From the NCBI RefSeq assembly GCF_026210795.1, contig NC_089430.1, positions 3,100,001-3,164,000 on the forward strand: DNA of 64,000 bases, written 5' to 3'. The first letter of the stretch is position 1, and the number at the start of each line of letters is the position of its first letter. The notes beneath the pieces were generated by a model. That model did not search any database and was not told where the DNA came from. It saw only the letters and a list, made by a program, of their open reading frames with translations. The position numbers and the translations under genes were made by a program. Positions 14,521-26,995 of the stretch are shown here, in pieces. The stretch comes from Rhizophagus irregularis. Its lineage: Eukaryota.

Positions 14521-15840
14521 ATGTCAACAGGTATTAACTTGGGCTTAGAAAGAATATTTTCTCTCTTAGAATTAATAAATAATCCACATAAACGACTTTC
14601 AGTAATTCATATAGCTGGTACTAATGGTAAAGGTTCAACATCAGCGTATATAGATTCAATTCTTTTACAATCAGGTTATAAAACTGGAAGGTTTAATTCG
14701 CCACATTTGCTTGAACCTCGCGATTCAATTAGAATAAATGGGTTGCCGATATCAAAAGAAGATTTCTTAAAAACAAGTGAAATTATAACGAATGTAAATT
14801 CCACTAATAATTTAGAGTCAAGTCCATTTGAAATATTAACAGCTATATCTTTATATTGGTTTGATAAACAACAAGTAGATGTTTCTATAGTCGAAGTTGG
14901 ATTGGGTGGAAGATTAGACGCGACAAATGTTTTTGATAATGTTTTATCAAGTATTATTACTTCTTTAGGAATGGATCATACAAATTTTTTGGGCGATAAT
15001 ATTGAATCTATTGCAAAAGAAAAAGCTGGAATTATGAAAAAAAATGGAAATGTTATTATTGCCCCACAGATTGAAGAAAAAGCTTTAGATACATTAAAGA
15101 GATGTGCTGAAGAAGTTGGTTGTGCAAAAATTTTACTTGTTGATGGTGCAAAATGGGAACAAGAACGATCAGGATTAGCTTCAACTAAATTTTTAGATAA
15201 TACATATATTAAAATTAATATTCCACTACCTGGGGATATTCAATTAGAAAATTCTGCTACTGCTATTTTTGCTATAGATCTCTTAAGAAAGACCGAAAAG
15301 AAATTTGCAAATATAACTAATAAAGATATCATTGTTGGAATAGAATCAACTAAGTGGCCAGGAAGATTACAGTGGATAGATGCTTCTATATTATCGAATG
15401 TTCTTGAATTTTCTGTAACTTCTAATCTTTTGATTGATGGTGCTCATAATCCACAAGCTGTAAAATCATTAAGAACATTTATCGACAAACAATATGAGAA
15501 TAAATTAATTAAAATTCATTGGATATTTGCTGCTACAAAAGGAAAGAATATTACAGAAATTTTTGAAATTTTATTAAATGATAATGATTTGTTAACAGCT
15601 GTCGATTTTTCACAGGTGGAAGGTATGCCATGGATAAGTTGTTATGACCCTAAAGAAATCATAAAAGTTGCAAGGGATGTGAAAGAAAATATTGACACTT
15701 TTGTTGCTGAAAATTTAAGAGAAGCACTTTATCATGCTTATACAAAGTGTAACAAAGAAGGTGGATTAGTTGTATTATGTGGGAGTTTATATTTTATTTC
15801 AGATTTATTCAGACTCCTTCAAATTGATGTTTACAACTGA
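14521..15840 (+). CDS. FOL3: Dihydrofolate synthetase / folylpolyglutamate synthase (FolC family), intronless
   Basis: LGLERI, IHIAGTNGKGS P-loop, FNSPHL, EVGLGGRLDATNV, DH..LG..IAKEKAGI, WPGRLQ, DGAHN, CGSLY. The FOL3 (versus MET7) assignment rests on the short N-terminus and the FNSPH motif. Confidence 0.9.
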   Translation: MSTGINLGLERIFSLLELINNPHKRLSVIHIAGTNGKGSTSAYIDSILLQSGYKTGRFNSPHLLEPRDSIRINGLPISKEDFLKTSEIITNVNSTNNLESSPFEILTAISLYWFDKQQVDVSIVEVGLGGRLDATNVFDNVLSSIITSLGMDHTNFLGDNIESIAKEKAGIMKKNGNVIIAPQIEEKALDTLKRCAEEVGCAKILLVDGAKWEQERSGLASTKFLDNTYIKINIPLPGDIQLENSATAIFAIDLLRKTEKKFANITNKDIIVGIESTKWPGRLQWIDASILSNVLEFSVTSNLLIDGAHNPQAVKSLRTFIDKQYENKLIKIHWIFAATKGKNITEIFEILLNDNDLLTAVDFSQVEGMPWISCYDPKEIIKVARDVKENIDTFVAENLREALYHAYTKCNKEGGLVVLCGSLYFISDLFRLLQIDVYN

Positions 15841-15936
15841 AAATTTAAAAAAAAAATAAATAAATTTCTTTTAAAAAATCTATATTATTGATTCAAATCT
15901 TTTTTAAAAATTTTTAATTATTCACATTTTTTGATA

Positions 15937-16783
15937 TCACGAATAAAAAGAATTTTTAACAAACGTTCTAAGAAATTCAATATTAAAGCCACCATAACTA
16001 TGATCATGAGAAGGAAATATATGTTCGACATTATCTAGTTGAGAAATTTGATTTATAGCTAGTTTAATATTATTTAGTTGAGTTGTGGTTAAAGTTAATG
16101 GTAACATAATTGATGGATTCGATGAAAGAGGAATATGTGAAACGTTTGTAATCATATCTCCAATGAAAATTGAATTCGTGGGAATATGCAAAAATGAAAG
16201 TGAGCCTATTATTTCAAAAAAAAAAAAAAAAATTATTAAGAACGATTAGCATTGAACCTTCTTTCAAATATATATATATATATATAATTTTCTTATTACC
16301 TGATGGATTTCCAAGTGTAAAGATCGGTTTAAGAATATTATAATATTCGAATTCATCCTCATTACCTTGTTTAATTATTTGATACTTATCCAAAACTTCT
16401 TCTTTTACATTTTTAAACAAATAATCATAACTCTTGATATCTCCGGATTCTCCAAGTAACACTTTAACTTCGTTATATTCTTCTAGTAATTTGGATACAG
16501 AACCCGTATGATCATAATTATTATCGGTTAACCCGATGTATTTTAAATTAAAATCTGAATATGAAGAGAAATGATCGGAAAGAGCGATCAAAAGTTGATT
16601 AGTGTTAGTTGGATCTGATGTATCAAGCAGGATACAATCTCCAGTCATAGGAACGTGAATGAGGAATACATTAATCGGATATGAAAGTTTTGCATAATTT
16701 TGACTAAAGGTTGCTCGATATATATTTGGTAAAATCTCTGTGAATTTTTGAAAATCGGGTAGTCTAGCTAAAGAATTGTTCAT
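15937..16783 (-). CDS. Metallo-beta-lactamase-fold protein with degenerate metal site (~250 aa)
   Basis: Exons 16783-16300 and 16205-15937 join in frame. Motifs NVFLI..CILLDT, LTDNNYDHTGS (for THxHxDH), TLGNPSGS (for TPGHTPGS), FIGD and FPSHD. Confidence 0.8.
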
Positions 16784-17554
16784 TTTTTCTTTTTTATGTG
16801 AAAAAAAACTTTGAATTTTGGAATAGTTAACTTTTCTGTCTAAAAAAAATTTTTTTACAAAAAAATCAATCAATCGAATTAAATATAAAAAAATTGTGAA
16901 ACAAACAAAGCGGAATCAAAATTACCAAATTCCGGTAGAAAAAAAAAATCTTATTATGCGCAGTATTAGTGTAATAATTAGTCACTCTCGAAAGAAAACA
17001 ATACTAGAGAGTAGAGAGTAATAATTCTGTAAAACATTAATTCATTATAATTTAAGGCAGATACTATTGTAGACTAGATAAAAGTGACGCGATTTTTATT
17101 TATGATTAATTTGATTAATTAATACCCATAAATATCGTAGTAAGAACTCGTAGTACTGATAAATGATAATACGCGGGCTTCGTCAATTTTTTTTTTGCTG
17201 CGTCATATATGATATATTGAAACATAATAAGGTACAACGTAAATTATATGCAAGATTACATCATCAGCTATGAAATATATTAGAAGTAATGACTCATTTT
17301 GATATACTCTGGTTCATCGCGTTCTGATGTAGCTAATTCAATCACCGATCAATTTTTATTTTACATAATAAAATTTTATTCAATTAATTGTATTATTTTT
17401 TTGAAATTATAAGTTTAAAAATAAACAAAAATATCTATATATTTTTATTGTTACAGTAAATCTTTTGCTAATCAGATTGAAAATGAAATACTTGCGTTGT
17501 TTCTACTTAAAATTTTGTGTCGCTCGACGCAAGTTTCATTAAAATATTACGGCT

Positions 17555-19384
17555 TTAATGGTCCATCTTATGGTCAAGTGTTATTTTCGTCTCAGGATCT
17601 ATTTCCAATAATTTCATTTTACCTATAGCATCAATGATCGGTTTTGCAGGGCAACCATCGGGAGCATAATGTACAACGAAATCACCATGTATATATCGAG
17701 ATGGGAAAGTATTAAAAGTACGATCATCTTGGTCTAGCCATAAAGTCTGCGATTTAAAAATTTAAAAAAATTATATATAAGTTACACATTTGTTATCTTC
17801 GACCTAAAAACAAAATTTATAATTTCAACTTACTCCAGGTGCCCAATCTGGTTCTCTTATAAGGTCCCACATGGCATGTTGTTCATACATATGGCCCAAA
17901 TAAAGATCTCTTCTATTTTGTGCAATTCTCAAAAAATCTCGACTCCATTGAGAATTTCTCATCATAAACACTCCAGCATTAATCATCACATCGTGAACTG
18001 GTCTCGCAACAATTAAGTGCTTCTTTTCAAATTCTTCCCACCCACCAACTATTTCAGCAAATTTTTCAAAAAGACCTTCTACAGTTACATTATAATTCAT
18101 TATTACGGTATCCATATCGAGCCAGAATACCCAGTCATAATGCGGAAGAACTTTTTCAATAGCATCAAACTTGCCCCACACAGTTTTACGTTTTTTACTA
18201 ACTTGTTGAGTAAATTCAGCGGATCTTCCTACAAAAGAGTATCCATTTCTTTGAGCATAACCACGTTTGTTATCACCTGTTATACGAGCTGCGGGGAGCA
18301 TACAAAGATTATCATAAACGAAACTGCTAGTGATAACAGCAATATTTAATTTATTTGGGTCATTTCGAGGATGACAAATCAAAGTTTTGGGAATTGAAAG
18401 ATGTTCAACTAAATCCCTCATATCATCTTCTAGGTATACACGACCAACAGCTATAGTTTTTTCAATGGAAACATTCTCTACGGCATTTGGAAATTCGACA
18501 ATTCCGATTTCATCATTCACAAGATATAAATCGGCCTCATTAGGATATTCTTGGTAATATTGGAAAGCTCGTGTAATCGGATTTGTGAAGTTTGAGTTAA
18601 CGATTTTAATGCTATTTTTTGAATTGAGAATGGGAGCAATAGCATCACGGCCAAGAATGATGGCCATATCATCAGCATCTTCCGTCATGAATGAACCCCA
18701 CACAAGTCTACGTTTTTGAGTTTGCGTCAATACATTTCCGTTAATGGACTCTTCCAAAACTTGTTGAAGTTTTTTAAGATTAACAAGAGCCTTGTCATTA
18801 ATAATTACAAGATAATTATAATTAATATCTTTATTAGCTCCGAGATCTTGTGCCTAGAAAATAATGAAATTTGGTTTGCTAAATATACGTATAAAAATAT
18901 ATTTATAAAACAATAAAAATTTTGATTAATTTACCCATTGGAGAATGTTTTCTTGAAATTTTTGATCGCTGAGATTTGGAAATTCCTTAATATCATCGTA
19001 TTCAACAACTTCTGCAGTAAAGTCTCTTAACTTGCCTCTTTCTACACTTTTATATGGTTCAATTAAGAACTTATAATAAACGTTACCATCTTGGAACATA
19101 CATGGTTCCAAGTTATTCTTTATACCAAAAAGTGCTTCCCTTAATAAACTCCTTTGACGTATAGCGCCAACTGTAGAGGTAATCGCAAATAATATATTAT
19201 AATTTCCTGGTTCTCCTGTTGTTTTGTCTGCTTCATTATCTATGATTTCATTACCTAGTATTTGGTCATAAGGATTGGAAATATAGGATAGAATAAGAAG
19301 AAAAGTTATAAGAAATATTGCCACATAAATGTTTATTCTACGAAAAGGGCCTTGCACGGACACTTTGCCGTCTTTCTTTCCCAT
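17555..19384 (-). CDS. Type II membrane glycosyltransferase: GT31-like N-domain + GT34 (GMA12/MNN10-like) C-domain (~553 aa)
   Basis: Exons 19384-18935, 18853-17834 and 17746-17555. N-terminal TM anchor; GT34 motifs NKRGYAQRNGY, WGKFDAI, YDWVFWLDMD, INAGVFMMRNSQWS, EQHAM, GDFVVHY. Confidence 0.88.
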
Positions 19385-21805
19385 CTTATTATTTTATTGA
19401 AAGAAAGAACTGGACGGATAAAAAGACAGAGACACAACCGAAGTTATTAAATGGAAAATCATTTTAACCATTTCAGTCATTTTTTCATTTATAAATGAGT
19501 GGTTGCACATACACCAATTGGCTGATATACTTTTAAGTTCAAACTTTAAGAGTAGATAAAAATAGGAATTCAAATATTAATTTAGGTACACCTTTTATGG
19601 AAATAATTATTTTTGGCATCAGAATTTAGTTACACCGATTGATTAGAACATGAAATTTTCCTTGGGATTAAATAAAATTTATTTAGTAATATCGTCATTC
19701 ATTAAATTTTAAGAACAAGAAACCAAATATAAACAAACTACTTATAATTGTTAAATTAATCAAAGGAAAGTACGTGTTGTATCAGTAACTCCTTTCATTC
19801 TTTAAATTATAAATAAATAATATACAAATTTAGATACAATGCTTGGATATTCTGAATTAACTTCTAAAATTCGTAAAATATTTTTATTCATTGATTCTGA
19901 GGTTTTAATTTAAGCTTTTCGAAATGTTTTAATTATTCACGGAAAGTGGCACGGATCGAAACAAGAAATATACGGTATTATCGAAATTTTTATTAATGTA
20001 GATAAAGTTCATATTGGTTCATACTTCATATTTATCAGTTTATACATTTCCAGCATCTTGTTATATACCATGATCATAACCTAAGCTTCTGATTTCCTAA
20101 TATAAAAAAGGCCACATTTCTGAGTGAGGAACAGTCACTAAATCGAGTCAGATCTTGTCATTATTATTATTAATCGCTATGTATTTCTATAAAAATAAAC
20201 TTAATAAATATAACAGAGTTGTACAAGAAAAATTGGAACTTACAAGACTCTCAGATATTCTCTTCGGGTCTGAAAACATAAAACTACGAATTATTAAAAG
20301 TTGTCTGTTTAACGCACTCGGAATATCCTGTTTTGTACCCCTTGACGAGCATTCTCCAGTTAATGGTGTTATGACATACGTCTTTCCCTAATAGAAATTG
20401 CATTGGTGTATCCTTTAAGTAATAAACACAGGAAGGGATGGATGTATTACACCCATGAAGCGTATATCAAAGAATATAAAGAGTCTTGGATGGCAATCGT
20501 AGAATTGGGTTTCGAATGGTCGAATTACTGGCTAATGTTTAACAGTTAGAGGCAGTAGATGTCTACATAATAATATACACATAGCTAGCTCTCACAATCC
20601 ATCATTCAAAGAATTACTTCAACATAAACCCGTGTATCCGCTAATATTCTCGCATCTTTTTAGAATAGAAATCGGAATTACGAGCATGATATTATAAATG
20701 AACTAGAGGATATATTTGTGCGGAAGATTGGAGAGAGCCAAATTATATATTGTATATTCTTATGCCAAATTCAACGTTCTTTCCCTGTATATAGAAATGT
20801 AGGCTGAAATAAAAATAGGTTCAACAAGGGTCAATAATATTGTTCTTTTAATATTAATATTTGCCTTCTTGAAAATATAGTACAAGTCATGAAATCGCTG
20901 GTGAAGATTTTCGAGGTTCTTTGTTATTTTATTTATTCCGATGATTTTGCTCATTTGCGCCTTAAATTCATTTGAGATCTTATAAGATCACTGCTAAAAC
21001 TGTTATAAATTTTGTTACCGGTCAGCTTTCATTAGCTCTATTTATTACCAATGAGGAAAAACAAAAGGGTAAAATTTTAAGCGTTAGAAGATCTAAGCAT
21101 TCGAGATATACTCAAGTAATGGATCTCGTGTCTTTGACATTATTGTTGGAGAACTATACTCAAAACGGGTTTCAAGCTCAATGTTGTAAAATCAATCAGA
21201 TTACCATCAAACTTATTACCTATTAATTTCATGTGTATAATATACTATTCATCGAGAATTAAAGCTTTTTGCTACTTGCGATTCACTAATATTAAGCAAT
21301 ACATTAATTATCGAACATGCTTTCGCAACGTTGTCACGGCTAAATATATATCTAATCAATATTTTTTTTTTTATTCGAATTTCTAACTACGTATTGATAA
21401 AAAAGCTTAAAGAATTGATATCAAGGATCAATTTATCAAAATGATTGGTTCAATCACTTGCCATCACTATTAGTATATATAATGTGATGTAATTTATAAA
21501 TATAAAAAAAAAGGATCAATCGAAAATATCATAATTATGTACGAGTTTAAAAGTAAAGAATTTAAAAACTCAATTAAATTTTCTTCAAATCAACTGATGT
21601 TAAATTATTTTGACTCTCTCAAAATCAAATCTCTTCTTCTATATATTTGGCTGATTGCCATATTTAAAAAAATGTTCTGTGATAACTCAGGTAATGAGAA
21701 TAAATAAATTATAAATATACGTCGTTTTTCAATACCAGATTTTTTTTTTTACGTTAAAAATTTCTTTGATCATAATCTGGATTAAAATTTTCTTTTTACA
21801 TTATA

Positions 21806-23046
21806 ATGTCAACTTTAAAAGTCCTGGCATCAACATTAGAAATTTCGGAACCATCATCAACACTTTCACTTTATCAAACATCAGCTCCTTCACCTTTTCA
21901 ATCATCCGTCTATGAAAAAGATGAAAAAGAATCGACAATCAAAATTACATCAGTCCCATTAACTATTGTATTAAAAATCTTTACTCGTCGCCTTGAAAAA
22001 GTGTATCGTAATATTCATGAAACCAATATCACTTCTGAGGGTGGTAAACAACGTAAGGTTGTTAAACTACCTGATTTCATCAGAAAAGCCAATTCGGCTT
22101 GTGACATGTATCAAGATTTATTTCAGGATGACATTAAAAATAGTCAAGGTAATATTGGATTGGTCTCGAACTTGGTTGAAGTTTTTGAAGTTTTCGAATA
22201 TGAATGGAAAAATGAATGGAAGAATGAATTAAGTGAAACGAAACAAAAAGAAAATTATAAAGGTATTGTATCCGATGCAACTTTAAGAAATGCTAAAAAT
22301 AAAAAATTGCAAATCAAGCAGCAAATGCATGGTCCTTTACTCGAAAAATCAGTTGGTAAAAAGAAAGAAACGAAAGGTAAAGAAAAGGAGCATCTAATAG
22401 GAGAATCACGAATGAAACCAGAACAAATTCTATCAAAGGATGAAAAAGATGACTTTATGAATGATATCTACAAAGAAAAACCAATTTCCTGGGCTGACGA
22501 TGTTGAAGAAAAGTTCAAGAGTATAAATGAACTTAGGGATGACGAAATAAAATATCAGGATGAATACAGTAACGATGAGAAAGACTTAAATGATAGTGAA
22601 ACTAGTGATATTGAACATGTTAAAGATGAGTCCGGTCAAGACAATGTAACTGTAGAAAAAATTTCCCCTTATCTTTTAAAAGAACATGCTAAACTCATTT
22701 ATGAGGAACTTGAGAAAGAATTTGACACAAGGAGTAAATTGTATGAAATGGATAAAGTACCGCATGTTTCTGCGAAACCTACTGGCAAAATGAAGAAAAC
22801 TGGGCAAAAGAGGCGCCGCTATGAGCATAAACTGGTAATAATTATTTTTTTTTCTTGTTTAATTTTTATCATCATTATTTACCTGTTTTATAAATTATCC
22901 AAAAAAAAATGTAGAAGAGACATGAACGTTCATTGTGCGATGGTGGTTTAATGAACAGGAAAAGAAACGTAAATAAAACGCTCAAAGTTATGAATCGTTG
23001 GAAAATAGTTCTTAAGGGTATTGAAAATGGCACTTGGTCACATTAA
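21806..23046 (+). CDS. Hypothetical charged protein (~386 aa)
   Basis: Long ORF. Probable intron 22835-22914 removes the spurious hydrophobic tail and gives an in-frame last exon KRHERSLCDGG...GTWSH*. No domain recognised. Confidence 0.65.
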
Positions 23047-23448
23047 TTTGTTCACATATTACTACTCTTCTCAGGGATTTTGCTGATTAAATTGTTTTAT
23101 TCAAAAAAAATTTACTTTTTCTTTTGCTTACAGATTTCATTGCTTATTAGGAATAATAATATTTTTTTGTATGATATGATCATAAATAAACTTTGAATTA
23201 TAAACATGCTCTAATCTTTTTTATTAACAAATAAAATATATTACATGTTATTTACGGCATTTGCTACAAAATCTAGATCTATTTTTACTGATTTTATTTC
23301 AGACCTGACTTCAATTCACAAGTGAAAAATTAGGAACTCCGGGATAATAATATCTTAATTAATTTTAAGACACTATATTAAAAATTATTTATAAGCTAAA
23401 ATACTAAAATTCAAAATTAATTAAAAGAATAAATCCTAATATACTTAA

Positions 23449-26028
23449 TTAACTTAATTCTTTTAATGTTTCTTTTAACTTGTCGTGCATTGGTGTGCCT
23501 TCAAAAGAATTTTTTGTTTTTCCTATCAAACTCTTTAATAAACTTTTAGCTTGATATTTCCAATCTTTACAAACAATAATCTCTTCCTCTTCTATTATAT
23601 CAGTATTAGAATCTTTTTTGCGTAAAACCTTTTTATCACCAAAATTCTGGTATGCTTCTACGACATCTAATGCAACATTGGCTACTTTTTCAAACACAAT
23701 CTCTGAAGATTCTAACATTGGATCATGTAATACGCTTCGATATGCTTTCAAGTGTGCTTCAAGAACTTTATCATAATCCTTCTTCCAAAACCAAAATTGA
23801 GCACAGAGTTTCCATATATGATGATTTGAGGTAATTCGCGAGGTAATAGTTTCGGTCAATAAATTTTCAAGTCTCGGTGCTAATTTAGATGCATCTTGAA
23901 TATTTTTCGTAACGGCATTTATTAATAGTTCTAACACTTCCACATCAACACATGATTCTTTTTCTTTTTCCCATCGTAAGTCAACAACACGTTGCATAGC
24001 TCTCATAGTTTCAGCAAATTCACCAATATCAATAGCTATATACATATAGTTTGTCCATATTTTCCAACTATCATGTTTTAATTTCAATCCTTGTTGGAAT
24101 GCATTGAAAGCGTCTGTTTTACGATTTTGTCTCAAAAACACTGATGCTAAATTATTCCAAGCTTCAGGATTTTCAGGATCAATAGCTATAACTCGAGAAA
24201 AAGCTTGTATAGCAATTTCCCATTCTTCCAAATGCATTGCAGCACATCCCTGAATAAACCAGGAATTTTCAAAAAGAGGATTTATTTTGAGGGCATTCGC
24301 ATAACAATCAACGGATTTTCGATATTCTTCATGTTTATACCAATATCCACCAAGAGATCGCATTGCACGAGCGAATCGATTTCCCGAAATTTCCCATGCA
24401 TGTTCCCAATGTTTTGGATTCTTTTCAACGTCACCTAAAAGACAATAAAGTTTGGGTGAATTTGGTGTTATTTGAAGTTGTTCATGTATAATTTGTTTAG
24501 CCTTTTCTTCCTTTTCAAGCATAATATAACAGTTGATCACATCTTCCCACATTTCTAGTCGTTCAAATATTTCTAAAGATGAACGAACAACGCCTAATGA
24601 CAAATATTGCACAGCAAGTTCCTTTTCCATTTCCCATTTTGGTGGTAATAAAATTTGATAAAAATATGATATTCGTTCTTGCGCACTAGAAAGTTCAAGA
24701 GGAAATTGATCAACGAGCGCTTGAAGTTGAAGAACAGAACGTTCAACTGTTCGAACCTTTGCTTTTTCAAGGCGTGATCTTAATAATAATGCCATAGTGT
24801 AAACCATCCAATTGTTTGGATTTTCTAATACACGAGATACGTAAGGTACCATTTGTTCTATAGTTATACCATGAGACGGATTAGTATTTTTTATATCTAA
24901 ACAAAAAGCGAGCAAAAGACATTGATCGATAACTTTAAGATTCTTTTGATTATGAGGATCTAAATCTGTATTATCTTTGTCATCTTTTTGGCCATCTTGT
25001 TTAGAAAATTCGATTTTTTCCAGAAGAGTGTCATCGTTTAATATTAAATTATCTGGAAGATTTTTCTTTGTAGTGTTTTCATCTTGAGATTCTTTAGAAT
25101 CAGCACTATTAGCAACAATTAACAATTGTGATACATCAAATGTTTGAAATTTTGTTCTTTTGCCTAATGCTCCAGTTATTTTCCATTGAAATCCACTTGA
25201 TTTTTGTGCTTTTAAAAAACAATCAACCCCTAAAGAATCTTGGCCATAATAATGATATAAAAGACCGAGTTCAATATAATATCTAGTATAAATATCTAAA
25301 TTTGTTGAAGGAAGTTTACTTTCAAGTGTTTTAAAATATTGAAACATTAAGTCGTGCAAAGAACCGGCAACATTATCTAGAATACGTTGTTGAATGAATA
25401 GAACTCTTTGCGCCCACCATAAAGATGTTTTCAAATCAGTAAAAATTTGTTCATTTTCCACCAAGATAATTCTTGAAATTAGAAGATATAAAGCTTGAGG
25501 TGTCAAATGGTAAGTTTCTTCACCATCAACAGACAATATTTCAAGAGCTTTCTTATTTAATTCGTCAGTATTGCATTTTTCTCTTATAATTGTTGGTAAA
25601 AGATCATGTGATTCAAGATCCAAATTTGGTCCCGTCCAAGAAATTTGTACAAAGGCATTTAAACAAGCGATTGCAATACAGAGTAAATTAAGTTGTCTAA
25701 ATAATTGATGATGTTGTTGTTGTTGTGATTCTAATTCTGGTAAATCACTTGAAATATACTCCTTGGTCCTCTTAGAAATATAAGCGTTTACATCCAAATT
25801 TTCTACAAATTTTTTGATACAATCATCCTCTGCAGATAATTCTGTTCCAAAAATCTGTTTTGCTATATTACATGTCAAACATTCCTTATATAGCCCATTG
25901 ATAATATTCGATACTAAAGTTTCTGTTGAATTTGATGAATTCTCTTGTTCCTCTTGTATAGAATTTCCTAAAATTAGTGACCATTCTAATTTTTCAATAT
26001 AATTTGCAGTATTGTTTGAAGAATCCAT
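23449..26028 (-). CDS. EMW1: TPR-repeat protein, TTC27/Emw1 family, intronless
   Basis: 859 aa; FVQISWTGP, LSVDGE, TGALGKRTKFQ, NWMVYTMALLLRSRLE..RTVERS.LQLQALV, C-terminal TPRs (EAWNNLA, WKIWTNY). Confidence 0.9.
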   Translation of the reverse strand: MDSSNNTANYIEKLEWSLILGNSIQEEQENSSNSTETLVSNIINGLYKECLTCNIAKQIFGTELSAEDDCIKKFVENLDVNAYISKRTKEYISSDLPELESQQQQHHQLFRQLNLLCIAIACLNAFVQISWTGPNLDLESHDLLPTIIREKCNTDELNKKALEILSVDGEETYHLTPQALYLLISRIILVENEQIFTDLKTSLWWAQRVLFIQQRILDNVAGSLHDLMFQYFKTLESKLPSTNLDIYTRYYIELGLLYHYYGQDSLGVDCFLKAQKSSGFQWKITGALGKRTKFQTFDVSQLLIVANSADSKESQDENTTKKNLPDNLILNDDTLLEKIEFSKQDGQKDDKDNTDLDPHNQKNLKVIDQCLLLAFCLDIKNTNPSHGITIEQMVPYVSRVLENPNNWMVYTMALLLRSRLEKAKVRTVERSVLQLQALVDQFPLELSSAQERISYFYQILLPPKWEMEKELAVQYLSLGVVRSSLEIFERLEMWEDVINCYIMLEKEEKAKQIIHEQLQITPNSPKLYCLLGDVEKNPKHWEHAWEISGNRFARAMRSLGGYWYKHEEYRKSVDCYANALKINPLFENSWFIQGCAAMHLEEWEIAIQAFSRVIAIDPENPEAWNNLASVFLRQNRKTDAFNAFQQGLKLKHDSWKIWTNYMYIAIDIGEFAETMRAMQRVVDLRWEKEKESCVDVEVLELLINAVTKNIQDASKLAPRLENLLTETITSRITSNHHIWKLCAQFWFWKKDYDKVLEAHLKAYRSVLHDPMLESSEIVFEKVANVALDVVEAYQNFGDKKVLRKKDSNTDIIEEEEIIVCKDWKYQAKSLLKSLIGKTKNSFEGTPMHDKLKETLKELS

Positions 26029-26441
26029 TCTCCTTTTTTTTTATTAAAAAAAAAAATATAAAAATAAAAGCGTTTAAAATAATTTTTTAATTTGTAAGCA
26101 TTTTTTATATGCCTTAAAAAAGATGATTTTCAATCTGATAACGATCCTTCCAATCTACCAATCAATTCAGGTGATTAATCAATTAGCTCCACGTTTTGTT
26201 GTACAAATAACTTTGAAAAATTTATATAATGAGAGTAATAATCGAAATTTTTTTTTCTTATCAAATGCATAGAATTTGACGAGTTAATTTCTTTTTAAAG
26301 TTTCATATAACATAAAAATTAATAAATTGTTTTTTTAATATTACCCTAATTTATTATTTACTTAATTTAATTAATTTAAATAAACTCATAACATTGTTAA
26401 ATTTGATTTATTTAATTTGAGGATTTTTTTAATTTAGCATA

Positions 26442-26995
26442 ATGTGGTTCGAATGGAAAATTGTAAGAATATCTTTTATTATTATTGACTATTACCATTT
26501 TATTATACTATAACGGTTTTTTTTATATATATTTTTTAGGATTTTGAAGGTCAAAAACAGGCTGAATTAATTTCTCAAGTGGGAATCATATTATTTGCGG
26601 TATATATTGTATATGATAATCTTTTAATATGTTCTTTATTTACAAAGAAAATATGTATTTAGTTAAAAAGTTTTTTTTTTAAAAAAAAAAATTTAGGCTA
26701 TTGGATTTATTGCGGGATTCTTACTACAAAATCTTATCTTGGCTTTTCAAATCTTTGGCGGTGGAATTTTTCTTACATCCTTAGTATGTATTTTGATCCA
26801 TATTATTTTATTAAAATCAATTTTTAATTTTTCATTCATTTTCTTATATAATTTTTTTTTAAAAAAAAAAAGTTTGTGCTTCCACCTTGGTCATTTTATA
26901 ATCAACATCCAGTTCAATGGCTTCCTCCAATTCAAATTGAAAAGGATAAACCTGAACAAGAAGAAGTTGATGAATTAAAAGAAAAATCTACTTAA
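26442..26995 (+). CDS. SPC1: Signal peptidase complex 12 kDa subunit (SPCS1)
   Basis: Exons 26442-26462, 26540-26599, 26697-26783 and 26873-26995 give IDFEGQKQAE, two TM segments and LPPWSFYNQHPVQWL. The ORF track does not capture the full model. Confidence 0.9.

Noticed and set aside
14521..19384. FOL3 + MBL + glycosyltransferase as a metabolic cluster or HGT island
   Set aside because: Two of the three have spliceosomal introns, base composition is host-like, and no shared pathway is evident; being intronless is not evidence of HGT for FOL3.
20155..21226. ORFs 20155, 20760 and 20972 in a slightly GC-richer patch
   Set aside because: Could be a decayed gene, but I could not build a spliced model or recognise a family.
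23652..26002. Plus-strand ORFs inside EMW1 (and similar antisense or off-frame ORFs at 10915, 11312, 18017, 21993, 31839, 41716, 50367)
   Set aside because: Shadow ORFs of real genes.
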